Positions 1-28,356 of a stretch of 64,000 nucleotides of DNA are shown in pieces. The number at the start of each line of letters is the position of its first letter. The stretch's first letter is position 1. This DNA comes from Amoebidium appalachense (Eukaryota > Protista > Ichthyosporea): assembly GCA_963693365.1 (NCBI GenBank), contig CAVNZM010000015.1, positions 372,001 to 436,000 of the forward strand. The letters run 5' to 3'. Position numbers and translations under genes: made by a program. The notes below the pieces were generated by a model. The model was not told where the DNA came from. It saw only the letters and a list, made by a program, of their open reading frames with translations, and made no database searches.

Positions 1-66
1 AATTACTGCACATATCCAACCATTCCGATGTAATTTGGTTTTGAAATTTAGGAAAATAGGACACAC

Positions 67-14124
<14,058 letters not shown>

Positions 14125-15292
14125 TCTCTGATTTTGAAATGCGGTGTTATTCTTATTACTTTACGGCACGTTTATGTTGCCTGCATCTGTTGTAGGTAGG
14201 GAGTAAGTCGCTAAGGACTCACTCTCTCACTCTCCCACCTTCTCACTCACACAAATATAACACCTTGCTCTCTCTCTCGTTTTACTTGTCTCTCTCTCTC
14301 CCCTTCTCTCTTTTTCTCTCTCTCTTCTCCTCTTTCCCCAGCTGTCGTTCATCGCCCAGGGCAAATTCTTCCGTAATACCTTTCAACTGCGCTCTACAAA
14401 GATGTGATATGTATCCAATAGTTGTGTGCATACTAGTTTCAAGCTACATGATTGGATAGTTATTGATTGCTTTCGAATGAAATCTCACAAGCTTTTGTCG
14501 CTCATTACCGCTCTACCATGGGGCAAAACTCGGGACGGTCCGAAATCCGGATCCTCATTCACTTTTTACACACGTATTTTTACACAAGTACAAAAAAATA
14601 ATGAACGTGACCATATATGCCTGTGTTATTTAAGATTTTGAAGCCCATTTATTACCATAAGTTTCAGTTTGCACTGTTGCAGAGCAGCTAAGGTAGCGAG
14701 ATATCATGCACCATGGCCAAACTCCAAATGCCCATGACTCAGTAAAAAGTTGCCTTGCAAGTGCATGTGCATGGAGCATGTTCCATGCCACCTATTTGTA
14801 GGCAATGTCATGCCACAAAGCCAAACAAAAGCATTTGTCCCGCACACCGGCGACTGAGTTTCATGAGGAGAGGGGGGGAGGGGGGAGGGGGGGGGGGGGG
14901 TTGTATGGTTTCATACTTCAAGATTTTTTCGCAAAAGAGTATAGACCGGTAAAAAAACATACACTCACCCAACCGCCCCACCAAGCAACTTCAACCACTC
15001 AACCACCCCGTGCCCAGGGGGCATGATGCACAAGCACAAGCACAAACACGTCACTGTGATGCGCAAGGCTTAAAGTGCAAACACAATCAACGTGCACGAC
15101 CGTACACGGGCACGCACATACGTACAACACACGGAAACCTCGCACATACGTACACAGCACGCAATTGCAACGCGTATACGATTTAGCACACGCGCGCGCA
15201 CACACGCAAGCACACGCACGTGCACACGTTATTCGCACACACACATAAACACACATGCGCGTCACGTGTGTATGCACTGTACACACACACGT

Positions 15293-15337
<45 letters not shown>

Positions 15338-15338
15338 G

Positions 15339-15449
<111 letters not shown>

Positions 15450-15491
15450 ACACACTGACAGACACATACATGACATGGTGCACACACACAC

Positions 15492-15596
<105 letters not shown>

Positions 15597-15826
15597 CAAT
15601 CACACGATGCACCTGTGCATGCATATGTGACCTCGTGAGAGTGACTGAATTACAGTAAAGCGTGCAAGTATTGCACGCCGGATTACGAAAGCTGCACTCA
15701 AAAATTCCATTCGGCTCAGGTTTGACTAATAAAAACTGTGCATTAGTAATCCATATGAGATACAAGCATACAGGTGATACCCCCCCCCCCCCCCCCCCCA
15801 CCAGCACCACCACCATCACCACCACG

Positions 15827-15867
<41 letters not shown>

Positions 15868-16521
15868 AAGTACTCGATCTTGCGGCCACACACGTTTATG
15901 ATGTCTATTTTCGAGCACTCCTGTGTGTACATGATATCTTACCAACAGTGGATCCCGGGACGTCATACATATACAGTTGCAGCTCACACGCACTGAGTAA
16001 TTAATTAACGTGCGTTATGACGGAAAGTTAACAAAACAATCTTGGTCTTTAAAGTGATAAACATGACTCTCCGTTGTACAAGTATTTCCATGTGTGAAAG
16101 ACTCTCGGGTACCCAGGGAAGAAGTGCAAACACGTGTCGCAACCAAACACTGTAACAAGTGTGTCTGAAGAAAAAAAAAGTTCTGCCTTCAATGATTTAT
16201 TCATCACTCTGCATGCGCAAGGCCTTACAAAGACCTGCCAAGCATTATAATCATTTTGTTATTTCCACATCAACAGTATACAGTATTATAGCTAATATAT
16301 GTACAACAACCGTGCAATAAACAGTATCATACTGAACTATCCGCATACGGACGGCAAATTTGGCCACGAACAGTGCTCCATGGATATTTTTGCCGTGGTT
16401 GCGGGTATATGCACAAACCTGCCGAACAAAATTCATTTTGATCACATTCGTTGCATACAAAAAACTTTTAACCTAAACCTTCGGGAACACATAATATAGA
16501 TTGCGGCGGAAAATGTGCTTG

Positions 16522-17337
16522 CTAACAATCGCGCCACCCCTTGCCATTCATGTCGTACTTTTGTGTGATGCCCATAGCACGTGCATCCTGGCAGATCTTC
16601 CAGGCATCTCCCTGGTATTCCGTGCCAAACACCGCCTTGTTTTTATCCAAAAACGGTTTGAGGAAGTGGCACTCATTCCACTGGTGGCACTGCTCGTTAA
16701 CAGCAAAATCGAAAGTGTCCACCAAATCCTCGACGAGATACAGCGAGTTCTTTAACCCTGCCGCCATGCCCAAACTGTGTGCCTCCTCCGCCAGCCACCG
16801 AAGATAGCTCAGCTGTGCTTTCTTTAACTCTGGGTTGTAGGGCTTGTATCCGGGGACACACTCATTTTGCCAGCAGTCGACATTGTCAAACTCAATCGCT
16901 TGGCACCCCTTTGCCGCGGCATCCTTTAACCTCTTCGACATAAATCCCCTTAAAGAACCCTGGTCGAGAATGTTGAGGTAGGTGAGGTCCCACCCGGACA
17001 CAGAGCGGCCCAATGGAAGCTCCGGATCTGCCTTCCGCTCGAACGGCATCACGGCGCCTGCCGACATGTAACACGTGACTATTTTCCCCTCGTCTTTAGT
17101 AGACTTGATGAGCTCGGCGCTGTCATAATACCAACTCATGGTGACCATTTTCTCGTCGTTGATTGGTGCCTGGTTGCATGGCCCACCCTTGCACCACGCA
17201 CGCAGCACCCACGTGGTTCCCTTGGGAAATTGCACCCAGCCGTCTCTGCGGGGCCGTTCCATCGGCACCGTGGTGGCGTGTGTGCCGAATGATGCGGCGA
17301 AGGCAAGGATAACGGCAGCAACAGTAGAGACAGACAT
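16522..17337 (-). CDS. Secreted glycoside hydrolase family 114 (endo-alpha-1,4-polygalactosaminidase, Ega3-like), intronless, 271 aa
   Basis: Open, repeat-free ORF. Signal peptide MSVSTVAAVILAFAASFGTHA from ATG 17337. GH114 motifs VTCYMSAG, RLKDAAAKGCQAIEFDNVD, AHSLGMAAGLKN, FDFAVNEQC and KAVFGTEY; the putative catalytic Asp (DNVD) and Glu (NEQC) are present. Confidence 0.92.
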   Translation of the reverse strand: MSVSTVAAVILAFAASFGTHATTVPMERPRRDGWVQFPKGTTWVLRAWCKGGPCNQAPINDEKMVTMSWYYDSAELIKSTKDEGKIVTCYMSAGAVMPFERKADPELPLGRSVSGWDLTYLNILDQGSLRGFMSKRLKDAAAKGCQAIEFDNVDCWQNECVPGYKPYNPELKKAQLSYLRWLAEEAHSLGMAAGLKNSLYLVEDLVDTFDFAVNEQCHQWNECHFLKPFLDKNKAVFGTEYQGDAWKICQDARAMGITQKYDMNGKGWRDC

Positions 17338-19293
17338 ATTGGTGGTTGTTTGGAGTCTGCACGCAGGGTAATGAGGAAGGGGAGGTGGATTTCGAAGCGC
17401 TAACATTAGCTCGACAGTGAATCTTGAGTGTAGAGCATAGATAGATGCCTTGTGAGGCCTGTAACTACGGCTGCAGCTGGCTGGAGTATTACTAAACTAT
17501 TTGATGCAGATAACTTGAAGGTGTGGGGTTTCGCTGTCTCGGCTCTCGCTGCTTTATTCGCTGGTTTTTGCCCGGGAAAGGGACGCTTGCAGCTGTGATA
17601 TTGCAAGAAGGGGTTCCGGAGTGATGTGGTTTACCGCAACGTCCTGTTTATATACCCACAAGGCTGGCCCAAAAATGTGGTGGCGTTTGATTGGCTGCTG
17701 CAGCAGCTATCGAAAGAGGAGGGTAAACCAGGTGGTTGAATGGTCACTGACCCACACTATCGATGCGATAGCCATCACATTTGGTTACTGAACTCCATAT
17801 TGAACGCTAACTTCAATCATACAGATCTTTTTATAATCTTCCACATATATGAAAAGTTCTAACCTTCCCGTATTTGGGCGTGCCCTAAGACATATGCCCA
17901 CAAAAAGTGAAATTGCTGAGAGTGCTCATGGCCACAGTTAACGTGGAGATTTGCTGGTCATGGACAGATCTAATTCGTATCCACGTGATTTGGCCCCGTT
18001 TTGGCTTATGGTTTGTTATCTGATGTGTCCATAAAACGATTTTATGTTTATTTTCCTATATATACATCCTATATTAAGATTATTATGGGTGGCCTGGCTG
18101 CTTGATAAAGGCGGGAAACTGAGACTATCATGGTGCGATGCCAAAATTGCAGGCGACAGATACGTGCATTCCTCACTTGCCCAGGTGACCAGGGCAAGAA
18201 TCGGCGGAAGCCTTTCCTGATATTGGTAACCGTTGTCATCATGTAGCTAGTTGTATTGCGCTTTTACTTATTTTTAACAATTTATAAAATCTTATAAGAT
18301 ATGATTGGCCATCTCGAATGCTATGCTTTGATTCTATATGGTTGGTCGACGTTTGGAGGTGGGCAAACTGGCGACTGGAGTTACTGGGGGGAATTATCAT
18401 AGATAAAGGGGCCTTGACATTCGGGCCGTGACAGACTGCGCCAGTTCCGGTATCTATGCAGCATAGCATTTAAACTACTTTTACATGTATTCAACAAGAA
18501 ACGAATTGTTCGATGTTTATTAGCCGCAGCATGCCACGATGCATATACATGCAGTGAATATTCGAGGGTTGCCAGCCGGCGCCGGCCGCGGCGCCTGGCC
18601 CAGGCGCCGACGGCACGGGCCAGATCATCAGTACGATATGGATGTTATCAGAAAAGAATCTTTCTTCTTCCATTTCGATTGATTACATTCATTGCTTTAC
18701 TCAATGTGGATTGTCTGAGTTTAGATTCGTAAATCAGAAATATCAACATGTACACATAGATCGATATCTTCCTCCACACCGTGTCCGTACTTGCAGAAAC
18801 CAGATAAAATGTTTGCACTCCTTTGCTGATAAATTTTGACACGCTCCCGCCTTTCCCGCCAATTCTATTTCAGCCAACCAGCCTTGCGCAAGGATGGCCT
18901 GCACAAACCCTGGGAAATTCTTTGGTGCGCGTTCGCCCAATCACCGTTGCTTTCCTGCACCGCTTTCTTCCGGCGCGATTTTTCCTGTCTTTCATTCCGG
19001 GAAACGTTCGGCATAGGTCTACAAGCTGCTAATTAGATAAGAACCATAAGAGCGATACATATGATGTCTGATAATATTCAATTCATCATTTATGAATGAC
19101 CCGTGTAGTTGCACGTGTCTAGGTGTGCGTCGTGTGCGCAGGCGTTGCTGAACCTGTGCGTACATGTACAGTCTTGTGTTGGTGGACTATGGCGGCCCAA
19201 TCCCATGCATGCATGCGCATGCTGTAGGTCAAAAGGAACTTGTTATATTGAATTCATCTGAAATAATGAAATCTAGATGTTAGCATGGAAATT

Positions 19294-19330
<37 letters not shown>

Positions 19331-19361
19331 TTTTTTCTCTCTCTTTCGATCAGCTCTCTCC

Positions 19362-19575
<214 letters not shown>

Positions 19576-20045
19576 GAATCATGATAGCTATGTGTATACA
19601 CACGACGTCATGCATGTGAAAGGCTCTACTAATATGTATCTTCAATGAGAAGACAAACGAAACTAAAGTTCATTCGGCATTGATTGACCTAACTTTAAAC
19701 TCCAATGGTTAGCGGACATTATATGTTTATAGATCGATCTGGGACCAAATCGATTTGATGATTGGTCGATTTCAAGGATGGGAATCAATCGTCATTTGGT
19801 AAAAATGTTTCTTTAATCGAAATGTTTTAGAAAACACATTGATCCTAAGAAAAAATTTTCATATTAGCGCGTCGCTAAAAAACAAATGGTACCGTTCGAT
19901 AGACAATAAGATACTGGCAGCCGAATGCGGGGCTCACGTCTGCTAAAAAGGGGCCAGAGGCCATGCCCCTCTCGCAAAAAACGTTTTTATGCATGTGCTT
20001 GTGTTGAAGTGCGTGCTGTGTGTCACAGTGTGTGTGCGTGTGTGT

Positions 20046-20088
<43 letters not shown>

Positions 20089-20434
20089 CGTGTCACAATA
20101 AAGGTGCGTGCACGTGTAGTCTATTTAGATCTACGGTGTGTGTGGGTGGGCGGTGTGTATATAGGTGTATATCATGGTGTGTGTCTGGTGTGCACGTGTG
20201 TGTGTGCGCGCGCGTGTGTGATCTAATTGCGTGTGTGCGTGCGTGTGTGTGCGCGCGTGTGTGTGCATCTTTGTGTGTGTGTGTGTGTGTGTGTGACAGT
20301 GTGTGTGTGTGTGTGCACGTGTTTGTGTGCACGAGAAAGAGAGATTGAGAGTGGGTGTGTGGGTGTGTGTGTGTACGTGTTTGTGTTTCTGCCGGTGCGT
20401 CCTTTTTTTTTTTTTTTTTTTTTTTGGTGGTGGT

Positions 20435-20514
<80 letters not shown>

Positions 20515-21389
20515 GGGGGGGAAGGGTGTTGATAAACACTCTTCCCACGGCAACTTGGGACAGAAAGAGTTTCTTTGTATATGGGTGGCCATATGGTTTT
20601 AGACACATGACCAAAACAAAAATTGCAGGGTGGGGGTTCCACCCTAGTGGTACCGTGTGGGCATCTTTCATCCACAACGCAGGCAGGCTCGGAGAAAAAG
20701 ACATGGGTATGGTTGACTCCCCTACCTTGGGGGGAAATCACCATACGCCCATTTCCAGAAGGACACTGCACCACCTGCAAGCATTTGAAAACTGTCAGCA
20801 TGTGTGTTTGTTTTGCACATTCAGTGTGTGTGTGTGTGTTGAGTGTATGTGTGTGCAGCATGTGTATGTGTGTGTGTATGTGTGTGTGACTGTGCTTGTG
20901 CGGAGTGTGCGTGTGTGCACGTGTGTGGGTTGTGTGCTTGTTATTGTGTGTGTATGTGGGTGGGTTTGTGTGCGTATGTACACGGGTGCAGATGCTTTTG
21001 CCTATAAAAGAACGTGTGTGTTATGTGTGTGCCAGCAGACAAGTATGTGAGCAAGCTTTGCTTGCACATGTTTATGACTTGTCAACATTCAAGTGTGTGC
21101 GTATGTGTGCGCACGTGTGTGACTGTTTGTGTGTCTGTGTTTGTGGGTGTGGGGGTGTGATGTGTGTCTGTGTTTTTCTTTTTGGTTTGTGGTGTTTGTA
21201 ATATTCTGTTGGTGCTTATGCTTGCCCATGTGTACGCGTGTCATGCACGTTTGTGTATGAGTGTGCATGCGTGTGTGTATGAGTGTGCATGTGTGTGTGT
21301 CACGGTGTGTGTATGTGTGTGTGTGTGTGTGAACGAGCGTGTGCACGTGTGCGGATCTGGTTGCCTGCACGTGTGTGTATGTGTGCATG

Positions 21390-21618
21390 GTGCGCATGTG
21401 CACGTGTAAATGTTTGCCCATGTGCGCGCGTTTCAGTCATGCAAGTGTGTGTATGTGTGTGCAGGCGTGTGTGTCTCTTTGTGTGTGTATGCGCGCGCGC
21501 GTGTGTGTGTGTGTGTAGTGCATGTGCACGTGTGAATTTTTGCCCATGTGCGCCCATTTCAGTCATGACGTGTGTGTATGTGTGTCCAGGCGTGTGTGTC
21601 TCTTTGTGTGTGTATGTC

Positions 21619-21655
<37 letters not shown>

Positions 21656-21720
21656 TGCATGTGCACGTGTGAATGTTTGCCCATGTGCGCGCATTTCAGT
21701 CATGCACGTGTGTGTACGTG
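21390..21720. repeat. Tandem repeat, ~125-135 bp unit, ~2.5 copies
   Basis: GCATGTGCACGTGT(A/G)AAT(G/T)TTTGCCCATGTGCGC..TTTCAGTCATG recurs at ~21394, ~21520 and ~21657, separated by GT-rich spacers. Confidence 0.8.
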
Positions 21721-22103
21721 TATATGAGCTTTCATTTAAATATAGGTTTGAGGTGGTTCTGATCGGTGCGAAGGGTCGAAAATTACAAAAAACAAAGTTT
21801 GTCTTCTCATTGAAGATTCACATTAGACGTCGCGTCTGGCATGAAAACGCCAACACTTTGGAGGAGGGGAGGGGGGGGACGCAGTTCGAAGCAAGGAGTG
21901 ATATTTCAGGCATGAGATAATAGTGTGTGCATCCATTTATAACGAGAGCAGCTAATGAGTGCGCCAGACTTACACAACACACCGAAAGTTTTCTTGTTTC
22001 CACACGGAAGGTTTTCCTGTGTCTACAGATCTCGAAGGTTGGGTCTGCCAGTGAGAGCAGGGGAGAGATCTGAGAGAGCCTTCACAGGGGAAACAGAGAG
22101 AGA

Positions 22104-22158
<55 letters not shown>

Positions 22159-22189
22159 GTTTCGCTAGATCTGGAGGGTTGCCCAGTTT

Positions 22190-22222
<33 letters not shown>

Positions 22223-22335
22223 CTTGTGTGTTTTGTGTGTTGGGGGGGGGGGGGGGAGGAAGTAAAAAGTGAGGAAACCCATATTTATTTGTTTGTGTGG
22301 CATACGAAGTGTCCACAGACACGCCATCACACTAT

Positions 22336-23014
22336 TTAATTGGTCAGATCCCCACCGGATCCATTTTTTCGAAGGTGCAATGCCTATAATCTCATTCGTG
22401 TGTGCATTCAGATTTACATGGGCACACATACACGTGCCTATATAGTAACTACGGAACATCAGATATCGCAGGTGTCTGTGTATCCCGTACACACAGAGTA
22501 ATATTTCACATTCACCACTATCAATTCATTCATACCTTTGGAACATACAGGTTGTCTCCCCTGCAGTATACAAACATGCAAATACTGGGAAAATAAAACT
22601 AGGGGACAGAAAGCGCACTCAGCAAAGAGCTGAACAAAAAGACAGCACAAACAATCCGGGCTTTCAAATTTCAGCTGAATTTCGTGTTCTTTGCTACGCA
22701 GGGTGATATTCAAGCATTAAAAACACATTTCCCAAAAGAGTAGAGCGGCATCTAATTAGAAGGGGCCAAGGGGCGGGTTACAACTAATAGAAAGCCATTC
22801 AAAGATGCCGTTCACAAGCCAAAAACAGAAATATCTTCTTACGAAATCCATGACATACTTTCATGTGCCCATACATTAACACAACAAAACAAAAACAGAT
22901 AAAAACAGCAACAATATGCTTACAAAATCCACAATATACTCTCCTATCTACATACACAAGCACAAAACACAAGAACATCACACATTACCCCTAGGCACAT
23001 GCATGCACTATGAG

Positions 23015-23051
<37 letters not shown>

Positions 23052-23168
23052 CCTCACAGGGGAGCCAGAGTAGCGGGAGGGTCTGCCCGTACTGCCTCCA
23101 TGTGCGCCCTCAGAACCTCGGCTGCACAAAGAACACAGTCAGCACAAACCGGTGCATCTTACATCCCC

Positions 23169-23211
<43 letters not shown>

Positions 23212-23346
23212 TGTGTCTACGTCCCTACTCTCTCTCTCTCTCTTTCCTCCCCCCCCCCTCCCCCTCCTCTCTCTCTCTCTGTCTCTCTCTCTCTGTGCGT
23301 GTGTGTGTGTATGTGCGCGCACGAATCTGGATCCCGTGTGTATGGA

Positions 23347-23418
<72 letters not shown>

Positions 23419-23791
23419 CATCACAGACCCTTTCTCATGCCCAATTTCCTTCTGCATGCCCGTCTCTCTGCCATGCACGACAGCAACAGAAAGAAAGACC
23501 CTTGTGCCTTCCCCCTACCCCCCCACACCTTTCTCTCCCTGTCTCTCCCTTTCCTCCACCCTGACACTTCTTTCTCTCCCCATTCCTCCCTCCCTCCCTC
23601 TCCCACCCTTTCTCTGCCTCTTCTCTAGCACCCATCAGCCATCAGCCATCATCCCCCCCCCCCCCCCCCCCCCCCCCACACACACACCCTCTCTCTCTTT
23701 CTCTCCTCCCTCCCCCCCCCCCCCCCTCCTCTCTCGATCTCTCTGTGTCCCATTAACGTGTCCTGTTCCATAATAATGAACTTCCATTATA

Positions 23792-23822
<31 letters not shown>

Positions 23823-24843
23823 GCAATCCTTCCCCCCCCCCCCCCCCCTCTCCCTTCCCCCCCCCTGCAACCACCCACCTCTCTTCTGCCTGAGCGCCTG
23901 CACCTCCGTCTTCATCTCTCCATTCGTTGTCTTTTCATCGTTGACCATGTCTGTAGCAAGCACAACCCTATTGCACACACCGAAACCGTCAGTGAAAAAA
24001 AAAAAACCACGACATTATCATTAACTCCCCCCCCCCCCCTCCCCCCTCCCTTTTTTTTTTGCAGACTGCGGACACCCCCATCCCCCACCACCTTGCAAAA
24101 ACACCCCCACCACCTTCAGTGAAAAACTCCACGGCATAATAGCAGCCCCCCCCCCCCCCCCCCCCCAAACACACACACACACATAGGGTGCCGCAACCCC
24201 CCGGGGACCTAATAAATACACAGATGTGCAGACAAATAGTGCTAGGATTTACATTGGGAGTCTAGGATGCAATAGAAACAACACAGCGAGGCAAAGGCTA
24301 GCGGGTTACTGGGGGAATACACGAGAGCATATGCCTGTCAACACATAGGCATACATGGGCATACAACGGATACATACACATCACACACATGGTCCACACA
24401 CACACACACACACACGCACACACAGCCATTAATTAATGAATGTGGTGAATAACATGATAACCAAGTAAACTAAATATGTATGTTAGTCCTAAATTTTTGG
24501 TAGATTGAGCCGTGCCCTGTCGGAGCAGAAAATCGACAGCAACATGGAAAAAATCGCATGGGGAATAGAAGGTCACATTACACACCCTTGATGTTCGAGA
24601 AGACGAGAGACAAGCCCCGCGGGCGCCCAAGGGGGGGGGGGGGGGGGGGAGGTTGAAAGTGCCATACAGTACGTAGTACACAGACGGACAACACGATGCA
24701 CAGTGCAAACCACACAAAGAGTAGGCACAAGGGGGGGGGGGGGGGGGGAAGGATGTGTGTGTTTGTGGAGAAAGCAAAGCATGCCAGGTTTCAACAAAAA
24801 CAAAAAACTTCACGGATGGACGGCCGGACCCCGAGGAGAGGAG

Positions 24844-24875
<32 letters not shown>

Positions 24876-24996
24876 AATCACCTTTCGTACTGCAGAGTGG
24901 ATTGGCGGGCCTCTCTGCGCATGTAGTTGTGGAAGCGTCCCTCTGCCTCGTGCGCACGTGCTAGTAGGTCCATGGCTACCTGCTCGTACTGCGCAT

Positions 24997-25034
<38 letters not shown>

Positions 25035-25660
25035 TGTTGGTTTGCATGTGTTTGCCTTTGTGCGCCTGTGTTGGGACAGGGGAAGGGGAGGGGGAGGGGG
25101 GGGGGGGGGGGTTTGAATGCGTCAAAAAGTACAAAGTACACAAGAACAAACGGATAACACGATGCAGAATGCAAGCCATACATAAAGAGTATGCATAATA
25201 AGCAGAGCCCATCCTCAGGGGGGGGGCACGTCATGGGGGGGGGGGAGGGGAGGGGGTGGGGTTGAATGCGGAACACGGTACGCAGTACGCATACACGATG
25301 AGAAGCATGGTGCAGGACACATGCAAAGGCAAACATTCAAGTATGCAACATCAGCCATGTGCACAGTATGCGTCATAAGCAGGGCCCATCCACAGGGAGG
25401 GCCCAAGTCATCAATTGCGATTGAGTTTCGACCCCTTATCCACGTATATACGACTCTCCAACTCAGACAGCAGCATCAACTGAACTTGACAAGGTCAACC
25501 CGTCTTGATCAAAGACGAGCAGGGTTGCTTATGCAAGCAAGGCGAGCAAAACGGTGAAGATGTGTGTGCAAACTAATGCAGTGCAGCGAAAAATGTGTAT
25601 GTGCTTACAGATGCATGACACAGAGCAACCATGCCCGGTTGCATGGAAGTAAAGCTGTCT

Positions 25661-25696
<36 letters not shown>

Positions 25697-25797
25697 GGTC
25701 TCATACTTTTTTCGAGGGCATCTTTGGAGTAAGGCTCTTCGAAATACAGGTGGTAGCACATCAGGCGCTGGATGGCATCATCACGAGAGGCAAACGG

Positions 25798-25878
<81 letters not shown>

Positions 25879-26521
25879 GCGAGTCAATGGGTGAGTGCGA
25901 ATGAGTGTGTGTGCGCGGCGCGTGCGTGAGAATGCGAGTGTGTGATCACGGGTGCGTGTGAGCGTTCAGTGTTCTGCTGAAGAAAAGAAAGAGCAGTTGG
26001 GAGGGGGGTAGGTATTGGAGGGGGATGGGGATATTAGGCTCAGCAAGGACGAAAGAGGGAGTGAATATGCACTTCAAAGAAAGTGTGAAAGGAAGAGGCT
26101 AAACAGAAAGAACTATCACAAAAACACTTGAAAGGTGTACAACAGAGGGTGCGAGGGGGGGGGACAGTGGGAGGGTGTGGCCCGAGCAAACCATTACCAG
26201 GTACGTGTAAAAAGAACCCCCGCAAGGTGGTGGAGGGAGGGAGGGAGGGGGAGGAGGGGAGGAGGGGAAGGAGGGTTCAAATGCCTCATAGAGTACGAAG
26301 CACACAACCACAACGGGCAATACAATGCACGAGTGCAAACCGTCCAGAAAGAAGACGCATATTAGTGGGGTGGGTGGGTGGATTTTTTTTTTATTTTCCT
26401 TTGTCTTTTATCTTTTATCTTTTTTTTTTTTTTTTTTTTTTTTTTGGGGGGGGGGGGGGGGACTACCTCTCAAAGTTGGGATCAATAACGAGACTCAGGT
26501 CCTTGCGGTGTGCCTCAGACA

Positions 26522-26583
<62 letters not shown>

Positions 26584-26935
26584 GTGCGTGTGCCTTTGTT
26601 CGTGTCGGTGCTCGTCGTATCGTGTGTGTGAGTGTGAGTGCGTGTTTGCGCGTGTGGTGTGTTTCAGTATGGTATATAAGATGTGAGATGTGATCTAACC
26701 TAAACCCAGATTGCCATGCACCTCTACCCACACCGCCACCACCCCACTACGCTACCCCACCACCCCACTACGCTGACCATAGTCACACATGCCTTACACT
26801 GGCAACCCATGCTACGCCTTTGAATCGATCGCCATGTATGGCTCACCCATCCAAGATCAGAACTAAACCGTAATGCCCCCCCCCCCCCCCCCCCCCGCTC
26901 CCCCGAGGACCCCAATACACACACTGAACATACCC

Positions 26936-26972
<37 letters not shown>

Positions 26973-28224
26973 AAACAACCACCACCACCACCACCACCAC
27001 CACTACACACACACACACACACACACACAAAGAAACACACACACACACACAAAGAAACACACCTCGCCCCACACGACAACACAGTGATAGGCCAGAGCAA
27101 CCCATCAAACAACACATCGTGCTGACGAGCAACAAACATACCACCAGAGCATGTGGGAAGGGGCACGCACATAGGCCCAAACCAGGCCAAGAAATCAAAA
27201 CAACACACAATCCCTCCCCCCTCTCAATCACCCCTCCCCACCCCTTCGATGATTGACCCCCCCCCTCCCCCCCCCCCAACCACCACCCCTCTCACTCTCG
27301 CCCGCCAACCTCCCCCCCTCCCCCCCATTACTCACCCTGCTATCTCCCCCTATCCCCCCCCCCCCCCCCCCCCACCCCCCCCATTTCCCACCTCTTCTTG
27401 ATGTGGTCGACCCTCCTCTCCTCCTCCTCCGCCCCCCTCTTTGCCACCCCCCCTGTTGTGTGGCCTTTACAGGTGCAGTTTTCTTGGGGGGCTGCTTTTT
27501 GGTCGTGGTGGCGGGGGTGCTATTGCCACTGGCTGGACTGCCCTGCGGACTAATATGGAAGGTGCGTGTGAGATGTGATTGGTTGATGTGCCGGTGAGTA
27601 GGAGTGAATAAATAGATGACTAGTAATAGAATAAATACCCGGTGAGGGTGAAAGCGATTGGTGATTGGTAGTCTAGGTGGTGACGTGGTGAGTATGTAAG
27701 TGATTGGTGATCAGATGACCACCTGCCAACAATGATTGTATTTAGAGATCGGTGAAGTAAAAGTGTTTAATGATTGGATGTATACCTGGGGACCATAAAA
27801 GTGATTGGTGAATGGCAGATGAATGTACATGTCGTTAATAAACAGTACATCCCCCCCCCCCCCCCCCCCCGGGGATGTATAACCGGCGATTATAAAAAGG
27901 GTTGATGATTGGAAAATATATTTAGCGACTCTAAAAGTTCTTGGTGAATGGTGGATGAATGTAAACCCAGCGACCTTTAAAGTGATTGGTGACTGTATGT
28001 ATGCCCGCGACTACACATGGTAACAGCCGGGTTATGAAGTCACCCCTATGGCCCCGGGGGGAAAGGGGGGGGGGGGGGGGGGGGGGGTTATATGATGACC
28101 TGTAGAGGCACGGGATTGTGGCAGGGATAGGGAGGTGGCACACGATAATGACGGGACATGGTAAAGAGTCAGGTTTCATCTTCCCCAAGTGAGGGGAAGG
28201 GGGAAAGGGAGAGGGAGGGGGGGG

Positions 28225-28291
<67 letters not shown>

Positions 28292-28313
28292 TGTGTGTGT
28301 GTGTGTGTGGTGG

Positions 28314-28356
<43 letters not shown>

